A program made the position numbers and the translations under genes. Shown here piece after piece: positions 26,146 to 38,836 of a DNA stretch of 64,000 nt. The DNA is from Eledone cirrhosa (taxonomy: Eukaryota), in the NCBI GenBank assembly GCA_964016885.1, contig OZ024741.1, positions 372,434,001-372,498,000 on the forward strand, read 5' to 3'. Position 1 is the first letter of the stretch, and every line of letters begins with the position of its first letter. The notes below the pieces were generated by a model. The model saw nothing but the letters and a program-made list of their open reading frames with translations. It made no database searches and was not told the DNA's origin.

Positions 26146-29100
26146 ATAGATCAATTGAGAGTTGGCTGTTTGAACGCGCGTGGCCTGGGCTCAGCTTGGA
26201 AGCAAGCAAAGCTTCTAAGTGACCTCAGGTCACAAAGTATAGATGTGATGGTTGTTTGCGAGAGTCGGATCAGCAGCGTGAGACAGCTGGCGCCCGCCTT
26301 CGATGACTTTGAGATGCACGCATCTCTCTGTCAACCCGGATGCGGGGGGGGGGGGGAGTTGCCGTACTGCTGGATAAACGTCTGACTCTCGACGTACAGA
26401 TTGTTCACTCGGACCCGGGGGGTCGATTACTGGTGCTGGACGTCGGAGGTGGTGAAGGCGGGGCTTTCAGACTGGTCGGTCTTTATGCCCCCTTCGGGGC
26501 GGAAAGAGCCGACTTCTTCCAGCGTCTGGAGACTTTTCTAGGAACGTCGCGTTCCCTGCTTTTAGTGGGGGACTGGAATGGAATCCTAGATGCGCGTTGG
26601 GACTATGCAGGGGCATGTCCCGATAGAGGGGGGTGTAGCAGCCTCAAGGGGTTACTCGATCGATTCGACCTGGTCGATAGATTTCGACTAGATTGTCCAA
26701 CTGCACCAACCTGGACCTGGGCAAACCGCAGTGGACAATCTAGATCGTACCTAGATAGGTTTTTGGTTAGGAGTAAGGATAGGGACGTATTTAGTTGTCC
26801 AGAATTGATCATGGTTGGCTATTCAGATCACAAATTAGTGACCTGCGTGGTCAACCTTGATAGAACGCAGACAGGGTCCCGGTTACTGGAAGATGAACTT
26901 GTCTTTGCCGGCAAAGAAAGATTACAGGAACCGGATTAGTAGCTTAGTTAAGATGCGGTTGACGGGAGCGATCGTCAACAGTAGGTGGTGGGTATCTCTA
27001 AAGAGAGAGATTAGAGTAAGTTCGATAGGTTACAGTAAGGAACTAGCGGCGAATAGAAATAGGAAGGAAGGGGAGTTAACAGATAAACTAGAAGAGGCGA
27101 TTAGGAGCGGAGACGTAGCCAGAGTGTTAGCGGCGAGAACGGCGTTGAGCCAGTTCTTTGACGCGAAGCACGAAGGCTGCGTTGTCCGAAGTAAAATACG
27201 TGCTTTAGGAAACGAGGGGACCAAAGCTGTTAGCTGGGCCCGCGAGACAGAAGCCAAGAGTGGGATTAAATCCACCATTCGGTCTTTGCGAGACCAGGAT
27301 GGACGGGTGATCCTTGAACCTGAGCGGATGTGCGAGGCCTTTCAAAGGCACTTTGCTCGACTGTTCGGAGGGGGCGGGGGGCCGGACGGGGATGTGGACT
27401 TCGGTCCATACCTCGACGGTCTACCGCGTCTTTCGAGCGGCGAAGCGGAGTGCTGCGAAAGGCCAATCACAGCCACTGAAATCGGGGAAGCGCTCAGCCA
27501 ATGCAGCAGACGCAAATCCCCGGGTCTCGATGGTCTACCATACGAATTTTATTTAGCTATGCCGGTCTTGTTCTCCGAACTCCTCGAGGCTGTCTATTGT
27601 AACTGGCAACAGAACGGGAGAATTCCCTGTTCTGTGACCAAGGGCGTAGTCACGCTAGTGAGGAAGGACGAGAGCAAGGGGGACGACTTAAGTAACTTTA
27701 GGCCCATAACTCTGCTGAATGCAGAGTTACAGATTTTGGCCAAGGTGTTGGCGAAGAGGTTGGCGCTTGTGGTGGGTGGTTTGGTGGGAGACGCGCAGAC
27801 ATGCGCTATCCCGTCTAGGTCCATTCACGACAACCTCCACCTCATGCGATACATCATAGAGAGGGTTGGCAACGAACCCGGCTTTGGTGGGGCCCTGATC
27901 AACTTGGATCAATCTAAGGCGTTCGATAGGGTCGACCATGGTTACCTGGATGCGGTGCTAGCGGCGGCGGGCTTCGGACCCGTTTTCAGGGGCTGGATTT
28001 CTGCCATGCACAGTGGCAACATCTACTCTAGGATTAAAGTAAACGGCTACCTCTCGGAGCCGTTTCAAATCACCCGATCCATCAGACAGGGGTGCCCCCT
28101 CTCCTCCCTTCTGTACGTATTGACTCTCGAGCCACTGCTGCGGAAGTTGGAGTTGCTGCGGGGCATACCCCTGGAACCGGGATTGCACAAAGCGGTCTCG
28201 GCCTATGCCGACGACGTAACAGTAATGGTGGCGGACACCTCGGAAATCGGGGCGATCGCCACCCTACTGGAGGAATACGAAAGGCTGACGGGGCTAGGCT
28301 GAACCAGGACAAGTCAGTCGGTTTGCAACTCGGAACGTGGAGGGGCAAACCGATGCCGTTAGACGGTGTCGTCGGGCGGTGGACGGAGGGCCCGGTGAAG
28401 CTGCTCGGGGTCTGGTTCGGACCGGACCTCCAGGTGGAGAAGAATTGGGGCGAGGTGACGAGCAGGGTGCTTGCGCTGACCCAGAAGTGGGCCAAGTGCA
28501 AACTATCACTGAAAGGTCGGGCGGAGGTGACGAACGTTTACATAGCGTCCGTCATCTACTACCGCCTGACCGTCGTGCCTTGCCCCAAGGAAAAGCTCAC
28601 CATCATGGAACGCATGCTCTTCCAGTTCCTCTGGAAGAAGCGGCCTCCCATGGTGAGGAGATCCATCTGCTGCCAGCACCCTTCGAAAGGAGGGCTGGGT
28701 ATGCCGTGGCTGTTGATGCGTAGGCACGCATTGAGGCTACGGCATCTACAGGTATTCCTCAACGGTCAGCCGGTGTGGGCCCCGTTTGTGAGGCGAGCCT
28801 TCCCACAGCTCGTCTCGCTCACCGAACTGCAATCCTGGGTGAAGCAAAGACCGAGAAAACTGGGCAACTGGCACACCGAGTGTGCCCAGGCGCTCACGGC
28901 TATCTGGCAAGCGGACCCGACTGTCAGTGGAGAATCCACCTCGACATTCTATAGAGGGTTGGTGGCTAGCAGGGGCGACGACACCCTTGGAGAGTCGCTA
29001 GGCATGGAGGAGGACGAACTGGCCAGCCTATTCGGTAGAACTTTCGGCCCGGGACCCATGGACAACTTCCAGAGGTCCCTAGCCTGGCAGTGTTACCGGG

Positions 29101-29585
29101 GGGCTCTGCCCGTTCGAGAAAAGCTCTACAGACACGGGCGCCCGGGCAGGGATCCCGCGAAAAAGATCTGTCCCAGATGCGTGCGCGACGAGGAAACCGT
29201 TGCGCATGCACTGGTACACTGCCCGGGCGTTGCCGATCTGTGGGGCTACGTCGAACGACTGCTGTCGCGTGTGGCACCGATTCGATTAACCGCCGAGTCT
29301 GTGGTGAACATCAAGCCGCCTCCTCCCTTCAGAAATGAAGCAGAGGCGGTCTTTCTGTGCGTAATAGCCATGATGAAAGAGGTTGTGTGGTGGACGCGCC
29401 TGAAAGGTCTGAGGTCGGGTGACTTTCTCTCCGGCCATCACCTGGTTTACTTCTTCCGATACCACTTCGGAAGAAGGATCAGGATGGAGAGAGAAGTGCT
29501 TGGTCCCAGACAGTTTTATGAAAGGTGGGTGAAAGAAGCGAGAATGGCCCGTGTAAATGGGCCTTCTCTCTACATTGTTCTGTAG
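26146..29585 (+). pseudogene. ORF2 of copy 2, complete but frameshifted
   Basis: Frameshifts near 26350 (G run), 26870 and 28295; all APE, RT and CCHC motifs present. Confidence 0.92.
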
Positions 29586-29838
29586 GTGAAGAAGTGAAGA
29601 GGAAAGGGGGAGCGCCTCCTCTCTGGGCTTCCCCCGCGAAAAGAGTTGCACACTTTTCGGGGGTATGTGCAATCCCCAACACGCCCCCTCCCTTTTGAGG
29701 ACTTTTTATTGTTATATTATTATTGTTATTCCTTTTTTCTTTACTCGATTTATGTAAACTCCCCCACTGTGTAAATGTCCCCTTCTTTTGTGCCCTCGTG
29801 GCAAATAAATAGAAATTTATCTATCTATCTCTCTCTCT

Positions 29839-29892
<54 letters not shown>

Positions 29893-29895
<3 letters not shown>

Positions 29896-30120
29896 GTTAC
29901 ACAATAGTTAGTTCAACATACCGAGAACAATTGTTTCACCTGAGCGGATCCTCAACTCGTAATGGACATTACGATGTCCATTACGAGCTGAGGATCCGCT
30001 AAGGTGAAACAATTGTTTTCGGTATGGTGAACTAACTGTTGTGTAACCACTTCTACCTAACTCGTCCCATGGACTGAGTGCTCTGCCACTACGGATATTA
30101 CCTTCCAGTGTTCTAACACT
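29893..30120. mobile_element. Palindromic PLE-type remnant in (TA)n
   Basis: Inverted arms 29893-29969 and 29974-30050 plus a one-sided tail; related unit at 49455-49598. Confidence 0.75.
29982..30024 (+). ncRNA. Minimal type I hammerhead ribozyme
   Basis: CGAG-CUGAGGA-UCC GCUAA GGU-GAAAC AAUU GUU-UUCG; palindromic loop III; predicted cut after 30017. The mirror copy at 29919-29961 has C3U. Confidence 0.6.
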
Positions 30121-30285
30121 ATATATATATATATATATAAACGGAAAAAATGAAACGAAATTTCATTTCTCATTCTTACTACGGCCGACTAACTCACTCG
30201 ATATGCAAATTAGGCTGCTCAGCCGTTAATATGCATAAGGAAAGTATATACTTTCAGGCGTTCAATCATCTGGCAGGAAGGTATA

Positions 30286-30326
30286 CGTTGCTGACGATAG
30301 CTAATAAGCTTGAAACTAGTACAGCG
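30286..30326 (+). ncRNA. Minimal type I hammerhead ribozyme
   Basis: CGUUG-CUGACGA-UAGC UAAUAA GCUU-GAAAC UA GUA-CAGCG; predicted cut after 30321. Confidence 0.7.
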
Positions 30327-30534
30327 TTCCTTTGTCAGTGTTGAACAAATGAGCAACGATGGTTGCTAGACACCGTACGGCTTAATTCGGGATGTTTGTT
30401 TACGAACACACCGAGCATTATAATAAATGTTCGGTGAATCCATACGTACATATATATATGTGTGCATGTATGTATATATATATATATACATACTACTGTA
30501 CGTCTGTATACATATATGTATGTACGTATACATA

Positions 30535-30569
<35 letters not shown>

Positions 30570-31009
30570 TCACCTTCTTTCGCCCCCTCTGTCAGTTACA
30601 CTTTCTCTCGACTGGCCACTTCCACTCACTCACTCTCTGTTTCTCCCCTTCTCACTTCTTCCCGTTTGGTCTGTGTGGGTTCTCTTCTTGCTCACATCTC
30701 ACTCACGTCGGATGGTCTGTATTACGCTCGCTCATGAAATCCACCCAGCTTAAACTGACCGGATAACCATGTTGCTTGTTTTTTTCTATCTTTGCGTTGC
30801 TATCAATCCTCCTTGTTTGTTTACTTATCTCGCCCGCTTTACGCGATTTACTTGTCTCAATAGCTTTATTTAGCTATTGCTCGCACCAACCGGAGGTATA
30901 TGATTTTTAAAGCGATGAAATACCAATGAAGGTTGGAAAATCACTGACGAAGGACTATTTTTATCATATGTAACCCATGTGCAACCACGCAGTATTCTTT
31001 CTTCTCATG

Positions 31010-31079
<70 letters not shown>

Positions 31080-31252
31080 AAAAGAATGAAATGAAATTTC
31101 ATTTCTTACTCTTAGTACGGCTGAGAGTGAGAAATGAAATTTCATTTCATTCTTTTCTATTTATCGTCTTCGGTACGCCGGCTGACTAACTCACTCGATA
31201 TGCAAATTAGGCTGCTCAGTCGTTAATATGCATAAAGAAATATGTAGGTATA

Positions 31253-31293
31253 CAATGCTGACGATAGCTAATAAGCTTGAAACTAGTACATCG
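31253..31293 (+). ncRNA. Minimal type I hammerhead ribozyme, tandem copy
   Basis: Same core as 30286; stem I AUG/CAU replaces UUG/CAG (U.G changed to A-U). Confidence 0.68.
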
Positions 31294-31535
31294 TTCCTGT
31301 GTCAGTGTTGAACAAAAGGGCGACGATAGTTGCCGAACACTGTACGGCTTAATTCGGGCCGTTTGTTTACAAACAAACCAAACATTATAATAAATGTTCG
31401 GTAAACCCATACGTACATATATATATATATATGTGTGCATGTATGTATATATATACATACTATTGTACGTCTGTATACATATATGTATGTACGTATAAAT
31501 ACTTATATATATATATATGCCTATCTATTTATCTA

Positions 31536-34380
31536 CAGGGAGTAGTGATCGAGAAAAATCACATGAAAAAAAATTATGGAAACACAAACGACACAAAAAA
31601 ATATTGAACAACAAAATAAACACAACTTCACAAATGAACTCCACAAATCAAGCAATTGAGAACAACAAAAACAACAACAACAACAGTAACCATAAAAAAT
31701 CTTTTGCCACAATAAGCAAAGGAAGTTTTACAAATATCGATATTTCCAATGCGTAGGAAATGATCAATGAAGGAAAAATATCTAACCTTCGAGGAAAAAG
31801 AGGAATTTAAAATCACCTCTCCGCCACAAATCAAAGCTGACACAATGCGAAGAACTGATTTTTCGCACGATTTCGAACACACAAAAAAACCGGCTTTCCT
31901 TACTCAAAGCGAAATTGAAATCGTCTTGAAAGAGGCAATGTCACGCATACACTTCATACAAAGGGCTAAACTATATGGAAGCATTTCGGTGCTCTTCAAA
32001 AGTGAGGCCCTTGCGAAAAAATACTCAGTGACCCCGGTAACCTCTGCCACACACACCTTTTTCCCTACATACATGGGAAAAAGGACACAAAAAATAAACA
32101 TCACCAACATACCACCCAACATTAACATCTGGTGGATTCTGGCAGGGTTCTTGGAGGAGGATGAAGACACAATACTGTCGATTCAAAAATCCACAAGAAA
32201 CACCTGGAACGGCACAAGCTTGGAAATTTTGGTCCAAATGAAACCGGACAGATTTTCCAAGATACCAGAAAGAGTGCCAGTAGACAATTCAAACTATATA
32301 CACATTTCGGCAGATGGAGGGAGGCCACATTGTTTTAAATGCGCAAGCACATCGCATTTAAATGCCTCCTGTCCCCTCTTACAAACAAACACCCCACCCC
32401 ACCCCAAAAAGTACTTTTACTAACAGCAACACCAAAACCACAACAACAAAAACACACAAAACAAGCAACACAAAAACAAACAACTGCTCAACCACAAACA
32501 ACAGAAAAAATAGAAACAGTTCCCCTGAAAAACACAGTCCTACCCCATCCCACTCCATCCAACACTACCACAATCACACACACAAACATACCATCACCAC
32601 ACAACATACCCCTCCCACATGCCCCTGATGACGATTCATCGTCAGACGAGGCTACTTCTTCATCCCCAAGTGAAGATGAAGGAGAGCCTCGTAAATAAAA
32701 AAAAAGAGAAAAAAGAGACACCGCAAAGCCACAATCACCAACACAAACACACAACCACCAACACAAACAACAACACAAACACCGCCACATCACCGAGTCC
32801 AGGATCCACCACAGGCAGCAACTAACCCACATCTTCAATGACTTTGAGATCTACGCATCTCTCTGTCAGCCAGGAGGTGGAGGGGGAGTGGATGTCATGT
32901 TTCAGAAAAACCTGGACCTCGAAATACAGCAAGTACACTTGGACCCGGAGGGTAGACTGGTAGTCCTAGACGTGAACAGTGTTGGAGGTGGAGCCTTCAG
33001 ACTGGTGGCCGTTTATGCTCCAACTGGGCAATCGCGGTCAGACTTCTTTAAGCGTCTAGAGTCTTTTCTGGGAACGTCTCGCTCCTTGCTTTTAGTGGGG
33101 GACTGGAATGGTATACTAGACGCACGATGGGACTATGTAGGAGCATGTCCCAGTAGAGGGGGGGTGCAACAGCCGCAACAATTTAATCGGCCAATTCTAA
33201 CTGGCCGATAGGTATCGACTAGATTTCCCGACTGCACCACAGTGGACGTGGACAAACCGCAGCGAGACATCTAGATTGTATTTAGATAGGTTATTTATTA
33301 GAGAGAGACAAGGAGATGTGAAGCTGTCCACAAATGTACATGGTTCCCTATTCAGACCACAAACTAGTCACCTGCATAGTCAACCATGATAGAATACATA
33401 GACAAGGACCCGGATTCTGGAAGCTGAACATGTCGTTACCCACCCGTAAAGCCTACAATCAACGGATAAGTAGATTAGTTAAGCAAGAGTTGACGGGAGC
33501 CATCGTCAGCAATAGATGGTGGTACTCTCTCAGGAAAGCAATTAGAGTAGAGTCGATAACTTTTAGTAAAGAACTAGCCTTAGAGAAAAACAAAACAGAA
33601 ACAGAACTAGTAGCAGCTAAGGTAGAGGAGGCGCTTAGGAGTGGCAACGCAGCTAGAGTGCTAGCAACGAGAAGGGCACTAGACCAGTTCTTCGATGCGA
33701 AACACGAAGATTGCGTTGTCAGAAGTAAATCACGTGCTCTAGGAAACGAGGGAGCAAAAGCTGTTAGCTGCGCCCGAGTGGCAGAGGCGAAAAGTGGCAA
33801 CAAGTCCACGATTCGGTCTCTGAAAGACCAAAACTGACGCGTGCTACTTGACTCCAAGCGGATGTGCATGGCCTTTCAGCGCCACTTTGCGCAACTGTTC
33901 GAGCAGAGTGGCGGTGCGCCGAATGGGGCAATGGACTTCGGTTCATACCTCGACGGCCTACCGCATTTCTCGAGCATGCACGCCGAGTTCTGCGAAAGAC
34001 CGATCAAAGCCACTGAGATACGGGACGCTCTGGGCCGCTGCGGGAAACGCAAATCACCCGGTCTAGATGGTCTACCCTATGAGTTTTACATAGGCATGCC
34101 GGACTTGTTCTCTGGCGTCCTCGAAGCCGTCTACTGCAACTGGAAGCAGAACGGGAGAATTCCCAGTTCTGCCGGCAGGGGCGTAGTAACGCTGATCAGG
34201 AAAGACGAGATCAAGGGGGACGAACTAAGCAACTTTAGGACCATAACTCTCCTAAACACAGAGTTAAAGATTTTGGCCAATGTGTTAGCAACGAGGCTGG
34301 CGCTTGTCATCGAGAACCTGGTGGGAAAAGCTCAAACGTGTGCAATTCCAACAGGTCCATACACGACAACCTCCACCTCA
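31536..34380 (+). mobile_element. Tx1/L1-clade LINE copy 3, degraded and 3'-truncated
   Basis: Follows ctatctatttatcta; ORF1 knuckle CFKCASTSHLNASC; deletion near 32830; APE and partial RT. Confidence 0.9.
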
Positions 34381-34918
34381 TACGATATAACATTATTAAT
34401 AATTATTAATTAATTAATTATTAAAGGGCGGTGGATTGGCAGTATCGGTAGAGGGTCGGACGCCATGCGTTGCAGCAAAGAGTTACGGCCCTTTATGGTC
34501 TGAGTTCAAATCCCGCCGAGGTTAACTTTGCCTTTCATCCTTACAGGGTCGATAAAATAAAGTACCAGTAATACACTGGGTTATTGCTGACCTTGTGCCA
34601 AAAGTAGAAAAAATTATTAATAATCATTAATTAATGCTATCGTGCAATGCCTGTGCGTGAAGATTTTTTTTAAAGTGAGGAAAGACTGTGCACTGAGCCA
34701 ATCCCACTTTCTGAGCGACAGTAACTATAACCCGAAAAGAAAAAAAAGATCAATATCATCGGTAACTATTGAGCCGCAGGTTTTATGTCGGAGTTATCCC
34801 AGTTTCCTGAGTTGCCTTCTCCTAGAAGAATGCCTTAACAAAGGCTAGGGGTCCTTCACTCCCAGTGGTTTAACTGCGCGATCGGGTGTCCAGCCCGATT
34901 ATTTCTATGTCCCCACGC
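34381..34918 (-). mobile_element. RTE-derived non-autonomous element carrying a nested SINE
   Basis: Reverse complement of 58361-58675; interrupted by a SINE at 34425-34615. Confidence 0.75.
34425..34615 (+). mobile_element. Full-length tRNA-SINE
   Basis: ggcggtggattggcagtatcggtaga head, B box, family tail. Confidence 0.9.
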
Positions 34919-34942
34919 ATATACATACATATGCATACATGC

Positions 34943-35004
<62 letters not shown>

Positions 35005-35220
35005 CGTTTCTGAATTTGTTTAGCAAGATTCTTTATCTGAAAACGTGTGTTGAAACCGATATTGTTATACTTTGGGAGGGTCATGTTGCCAATAAGAAAC
35101 ACACGCACCACAAGCTTTCACTTCAATTTATTATAATAAATTTATAAATTTAGGAATTTATAAATTTATAAATTTCTGGTTGGTTGGTTGGTTCCACAAC
35201 CAGATGGTTGTTTATATATT

Positions 35221-35263
35221 GTCAAAGTTCTTTCGTCACACATTCTGTGACCTCTTCAGTGAC
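35221..35263 (-). ncRNA. Minimal type I hammerhead ribozyme
   Basis: GUCA-CUGAAGA-G-GUCACA GAAUG UGUGAC-GAAAG AA CUU-UGAC. Confidence 0.6.
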
Positions 35264-35297
35264 TGGAGATTCTTTTCTTTGTTTTTGTGCCTCTCCT

Positions 35298-35484
35298 TTG
35301 GAGGTGGAGCCTTCAGACTGGTGGCCGTTTATGCTCCAACTGGGCAATCGCGGTCAGACTTCTTTAAGCGTCTAGAGTCTTTTCTGGGAACGTCTCGCTC
35401 CTTGCTTTTAGTGGGGGACTGGAATGGTATACTAGACGCACGATGGGACTATGTGGGAGCATGTCCCAGTAGAGGGGGTGCAAC
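35298..35484 (+). repeat. Local duplicate of Tx1 copy 3 segment 32982-33170
   Basis: Identical apart from one substitution and a shorter G run. Confidence 0.9.
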
Positions 35485-35999
35485 GCCATCTTGTTTCTGT
35501 GTGTGTCCACACACACAGAGTTTAGTGTGTGCGTGATGTGTATGTGTGTCCTGAACTCGCTATAGAGTTTGTAAGATTTTGATGACCAGCATCCACGATG
35601 CGCTTTCGTTTTTCTGTTAAGCTGTTCCGACGTACCTAGAGCTTAATAAGAACAGGCTCCGTTTCAGTGATTTTTCTTTTGGTACTATCACTTGTCTTTT
35701 TCTCATTAGATCTCACATATACTGTTGCAACCGCGTCTCAAATTGTGTTTGTATACTGAAGAAAATATGGTGTTACTGTATGTACACCAAACTTTACATA
35801 ATTAATACATCACTAGCGCTAGGTTATTATCGAGATACGAACTTGCAGACACAAGTTAAGGGGATGCGATTTGCTCAGTTGAACATTAAAACTTACGCTG
35901 ACCAATTAGTGCTAAGCTTTAATCAGATACCACCAACTTTACATACACACACGTATACATACATATATGCGTGCATACATACATACATACATACATACA

Positions 36000-36032
<33 letters not shown>

Positions 36033-36354
36033 GTATACACCACCAAATTTACATACGTCTATGCGTACACACGTACATACACCATGCAAACACCATATAT
36101 ACTTACATATATTCATACATGCATACACACAAAAATACATATACATATATGCGCACATATCCATACATATATATGCATATATATACATTCATACATGCAT
36201 ACATACATACACACATATATACATATATACATACATACATAAATACATGCACACATACATGCTTATGTATACGCATACATACATGCATAATACAAACATA
36301 CAGAGAGAGAGAGATACAGGCATTCATATATACATACATGTATAACACACACAT

Positions 36355-36437
<83 letters not shown>

Positions 36438-36839
36438 GGGGGATATACACACAAACTTAATGCTATAAGAATCTTCAGCTGAAGAATAATCCTTCAAAAC
36501 ATGGACTATAGAAGTTTTCCTAGATTTCGTTTGAGGTTTGGATTATCTTCAGTATAATTGCTACTGCTGATGATGAGCTTCTTTCTTCTTCTTCTTCTTC
36601 TTCTTCTTCTTCTTCTTCTTCTTCTTCTTCTTCTTCTTCTTCTTCTTCTTCTTCTTCTTCTTCTTCTTCTTCTTCTTCTTCTTCTTCTTCTCCTCCCATA
36701 TCGAAATTGATTTAGCCGAATTTAACCCTCTCACCAAATTGGTGGCACTATGTCTACGTTAGAAACCATTATTATTATCATTAGCTCAATGAATAAAGAA
36801 GAATAAAGAAACCATCAATGTTATTATTATAAATAAAGG

Positions 36840-37704
36840 TGGGCGGTGGCTTGCAGACTCGTTAGGGCGTCGGACAAATGCTTAACAGCATTTGTTCCGA
36901 TTCCCTGCGTTCTGAGTTCAACTCGGGCTGAGGTCAGTTTTACCTGTCATCGACAACAGAATATTTGTCAAGTACTGGAGTCGATATAATCAACTTTCCT
37001 TCAGCCAAAATTTGCTGACCTTGTGTCTAAATTAGAAAAAAGCCGGTAGTTTGGCAGCATCGATAGGGCATCGGGTCACATACTTTGCAGCATATAGTTA
37101 CGTCCTTTTACTTCTGAGATCAAATCCCACCAAGGTTAGTTTTGCCTTTCATCCCTCCAGAATCGATGTTATGTATTAGCCAAACAATATATCACCTCCT
37201 AGGTAGCGGATTAGCAGAATCGTTAGAATGCCGGATAGAATGCTTTGCAGTATTTGTTCCAGCTTTAAGGGTGACGGATTGGCAGTATCGGTAGAGTCGG
37301 ACATCATGCTTGACAGCATAGGGTTACGGCCCTTTGCGGTCTGAGTTCAAATCCCGCCGAGGTTAACTTTGCCTTTCATCCTTACGGGGTTGATAAAATA
37401 AAGCACCAGTAACGTACTAGGGTCAATTTAATCGACTTTCCCATCCCCCCAAATTACTGGCCTTGTGCCTATACTAGAAATCAGTATTTGTTCCATCTTT
37501 CTGTGCTCTGAGATGAAAAGCTCCCGAGGTCAACCTAGCCTTTCATCGAGGTCAATAAAAGAAAGTAACAGTTCAGTAATGGGGTCGATTCTTCCACTAC
37601 ATCACTTTCTCACTTCCTCTCTTCCCTTCTCTCTCTCTCTCTCTCACTCTCTCTCACTCTCTTTTCACTCTTCTCTCTCTCTCCTCTCTCTCTTCTCTCT
37701 CTCT

Positions 37705-37736
<32 letters not shown>

Positions 37737-38120
37737 AATCTCTCTTCTCTCTCTCTTTCTCGATCTCTCTCTCGATCTCTCCTTCTCTGGAGAAGGATAA
37801 GCTTCACCAGGTTTTAACTTACCCAAGTGTATGTCACAACGACTCCATCAGGAGCTATAGCTCCATATATTGCCTTCAACAAAATGTAGGGTTTTGTGGC
37901 TGTCTTAGAAATCTTGGCAGAATTATTAGAACGTCGGACAAAGTGCTTCACGGCATTTAGTTGTGGCCCTTTACGTTCTCAGTTCAAATCCAATATCAAC
38001 TTTACCTTTCATGCTTCCGGGGTGGATAAAATAAAATACCAGTTAAGTACTGGGGTCAATGTAATTAACTTTCCCCTTTCCTCAAATTGCTGGGCATAAG
38101 CTAATGTTAGAGAGAATTGT
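36840..38120 (+). mobile_element. Cluster of tandem and nested tRNA-SINEs
   Basis: At least five heads or bodies; best copy at 37268-37483. Confidence 0.8.
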
Positions 38121-38340
38121 TATTGGATAGGATATAGAAGGATGATGATGATGATGATGATAGGAGTGAGAGGAAGGCGTGATTATGAGGAGCAAGGGAA
38201 GAAGGATGTCAATGATGATGGGGGGGGGCAGAATGAGCATAAGGAGGAAGAAGAGGAGAGGAAGAAGAGGAAGGGGAGTGAGAAGGGGGTATATATGAAA
38301 AAGAGATAAATGAGGAAGTCTTTACCACCGGGAGAGGGTG

Positions 38341-38788
38341 GAACAACAGCAACAATGGCAACAACAACACAACAACAGCAGCAGCAACAACAACAGCAAC
38401 AACAACAACAGCAACAGCAACAACAACAACAACAACAGCAACAGCAACAACAACAGCAACAACAATAACAACAACAACAGCAGCAACAATGACAACAGCA
38501 ATAATAATAGCAACAGCAACAACAAAAACAACAACAGCAGCAGCAGCAGCAACAACAACAACAGCAGCAACAAAAACACCACCACCAATAACAGCAACAA
38601 CAGTAACAACAACAAAAACAGCAAGAGCAGCAGCAGTAACAACAGCAACAATAACAATAAGAACAGCAACAACAATAACAACAGCAACAACAACACTAAC
38701 AACAAGGATAACAGCAGCAGCAACAACAACAACAACAACAGCAACAACAACAACACCACTAACAACAACAGCAACAACAACACTAACG

Positions 38789-38824
<36 letters not shown>

Positions 38825-38836
38825 GCAGCAGCAGCA
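38341..38836. repeat. (CAA/CAG)n tract
   Basis: Direct reading. Confidence 0.9.

Larger units (their letters stand above)
24127..29815 (+). mobile_element. Tx1/L1-clade LINE copy 2 (different subfamily, full length)
   Basis: Starts after (TCTA)n at 24104-24126 and ends aataaatagaaa-tttatctatctatct. Confidence 0.93.

Noticed and set aside
19589-29682. Antisense and alternative-frame ORFs inside the Tx1 copies
   Set aside because: They are shadows of GC-rich or low-complexity coding sequence, with no independent motifs.
30940-30975. CUGACGAAGGAC hammerhead 5' half
   Set aside because: The GAAA and the 3' strand of stem II are absent.
34425-34520. tRNA gene
   Set aside because: The A/B-box-like head belongs to a multicopy SINE and does not form a full cloverleaf.
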